From: Squalus acanthias
Taxonomy: Eukaryota
Reading direction: 5' to 3'
DNA length: 64,000 nucleotides
Assembly (NCBI GenBank): GCA_030390025.1
Contig: CM059434.1
Span: forward strand, 111,166,001-111,230,000
In this document: piece after piece, positions 62,599-64,000 of the stretch
Numbering within the stretch: position 1 is the stretch's first letter
How the letters are laid out: each line of letters opens with the position of its first letter
Program-made: the position numbers and the translations under genes
The notes under the pieces: model-generated
The model's database searches: none
Told to the model about the DNA's origin: nothing
Seen by the model: only the letters and a program-made list of their open reading frames with translations

Positions 62599-63350
62599 GG
62601 CCCAGATATTCTGATCGTAGGCCTCCCGCGGGCGGAGGACTGCAATCTGGAAAAATCTGCGCCCTTACCTGAGAGCTCCCGGGACGCGCACAATTCCGGT
62701 GCTGGGCCTCTCCAAACTGCCAATGTGCAGGGCCCACGTATCCCAGAGGCGCAGGTAGTTCGCAGCGTCCCTGGGATCACGTGGGCCATGGGGAGCCAAT
62801 CACAGAAGGGAATCTCCCTTCATACATTTGACAGGAAGACCTGTCAAATATATGAATGGAGATCACCCCCAAAACATAGTAAAACTTTAAATAAATTTTA
62901 AAAAATCACATTTTTTAAATGACTTGAAAGTCCAATAAATTAACTATTTTAAACAAATATTTAAATTTTTGAAAAAAATTAAAGTTTTTTACGGGGCTAA
63001 AAATAAACTTACCTTTTCTAAAGTATTTTTAAATGATAAATCAGTGAAAACAATAAAAAAAAACAAAAACATTTTTCAACTCTTATCCTGGTAAAAGCAG
63101 GCCTTACGCCTGCTTTTACCAGGCGTAAGAATTGCAACGGTTTTCTGCGGGCGGAGGGTCTCCAAAAAGTGGAACTATCTGCCCTCAGAGGCCCTTCTCC
63201 AGGGCAGCCGGAGAATCTGTCAAGAGCTTTCTTGACAGATCGGAAATGCCGGTTTCCAGCGCATGCGCATGCCTGAAACCGGCATCTCCGATGTCCCTAC
63301 GGGTGGGTACACAGCGCGTACCCACCCGTAACGATCGGAATATCCAGCCC
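62599..63350. mobile_element. Harbinger-like MITE with six internal stem-loops
   Basis: TIR GGCCCAGATATTCTGATCGT / ACGATCGGAATATCCAGCCC; CpG-rich arms around an AT-rich core; appears inserted in a decayed minus-strand CR1 end (about 62415-63600). Confidence 0.8.
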
Positions 63351-63632
63351 ATTGACATCCTAAGTCCTATCGTTCCAGCAGCTCAGGAATCATTATATTC
63401 CACACAACATTCAACCAGTTCTATCTAGCATCTAAGCTCCAAATATGTTACCTTCCACACCCTTCCTCTTGCTTACATCTTCAATATATCGAAATAAGTA
63501 CTGAATTTCCCTCCAATTTAATTATCTGATCTAACATTATTCTAGCCGATCTACCAGGCACAAGTTTTTGATTCTAAATGCATGCTCAATATTCCTCATG
63601 ACTTTTGTTGTTCTCTAGCTATACATTGATAC

Positions 63633-64000
63633 TATAGGCCTCCAAACAGTAGTGGTAATGTAGGGGATGGCATCAAACAGGAAATTAGAGATGCATGTAA
63701 CAAGGGTACTACAGTAATCATGGGTGACTTTAATCTACATATAGACTGGCCAAACCAAATTAGCAATAATACTGTGGAGGATGAATTCCTGGAGTGTGTA
63801 CGAGATGGTTTTTTAGACCAGTACGTTGAGGAACCAACTAGAGAACAGGCTATCCTAGATTGGGTATTGTGCAATGAGAAGGGGTTAATTAATAATCTTG
63901 TTGTGCAGGGTCCTTTAGGGAAGAGTGACCATAACATGATAGAATTCTTCATTAAAATGGAAAGTGAAGAAATCCAATCCGAAACTAGGGTCCTAAATCT
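63633..64000 (+). mobile_element. CR1 LINE ORF2 apurinic endonuclease region, open to the window edge
   Basis: Uninterrupted frame from 63633: YRPPNSSGNVGDGIKQEIRDACNKGTTVIMGDFNLHIDW...FLDQYVEEPTREQAILDWVL...PLGKSDHNMIEF (YRPP, GDFN, SDH motifs). Confidence 0.93.

Overview
Eukaryotic (vertebrate) genomic DNA. The repeat content (CR1 LINEs, Deu-domain/SacSINE1-like SINEs, Penelope-derived palindromes) points to a cartilaginous fish, probably a shark; this is an inference. The whole window lies inside the reelin gene (RELN) on the minus strand. Three coding exons are present: 44927-44817 (111 nt), 17614-17479 (136 nt) and 2183-2113 (71 nt). All have canonical AG/GT ends and splice in frame to [106 protein letters not shown], the N-terminal Reeler domain, equivalent to human exons 2-4. 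The rest is intron filled with CR1 and L2 LINE fragments, tRNA-derived SINEs, many hairpin-rich MITEs (PIF/Harbinger- and hAT-like), Penelope-like remnants and simple repeats, often nested. Almost all listed short ORFs are noise or LINE fragments. The best leads are an intact minimal hammerhead ribozyme in sense orientation in RELN intron 2, a possible spliced antisense unit in intron 3, several long hairpins, a MITE with six internal stem-loops and two multi-layer transposon nests. I found no prokaryotic-type system (CRISPR, operon). Repeat boundaries were read by eye and are approximate unless a TIR or TSD is cited.
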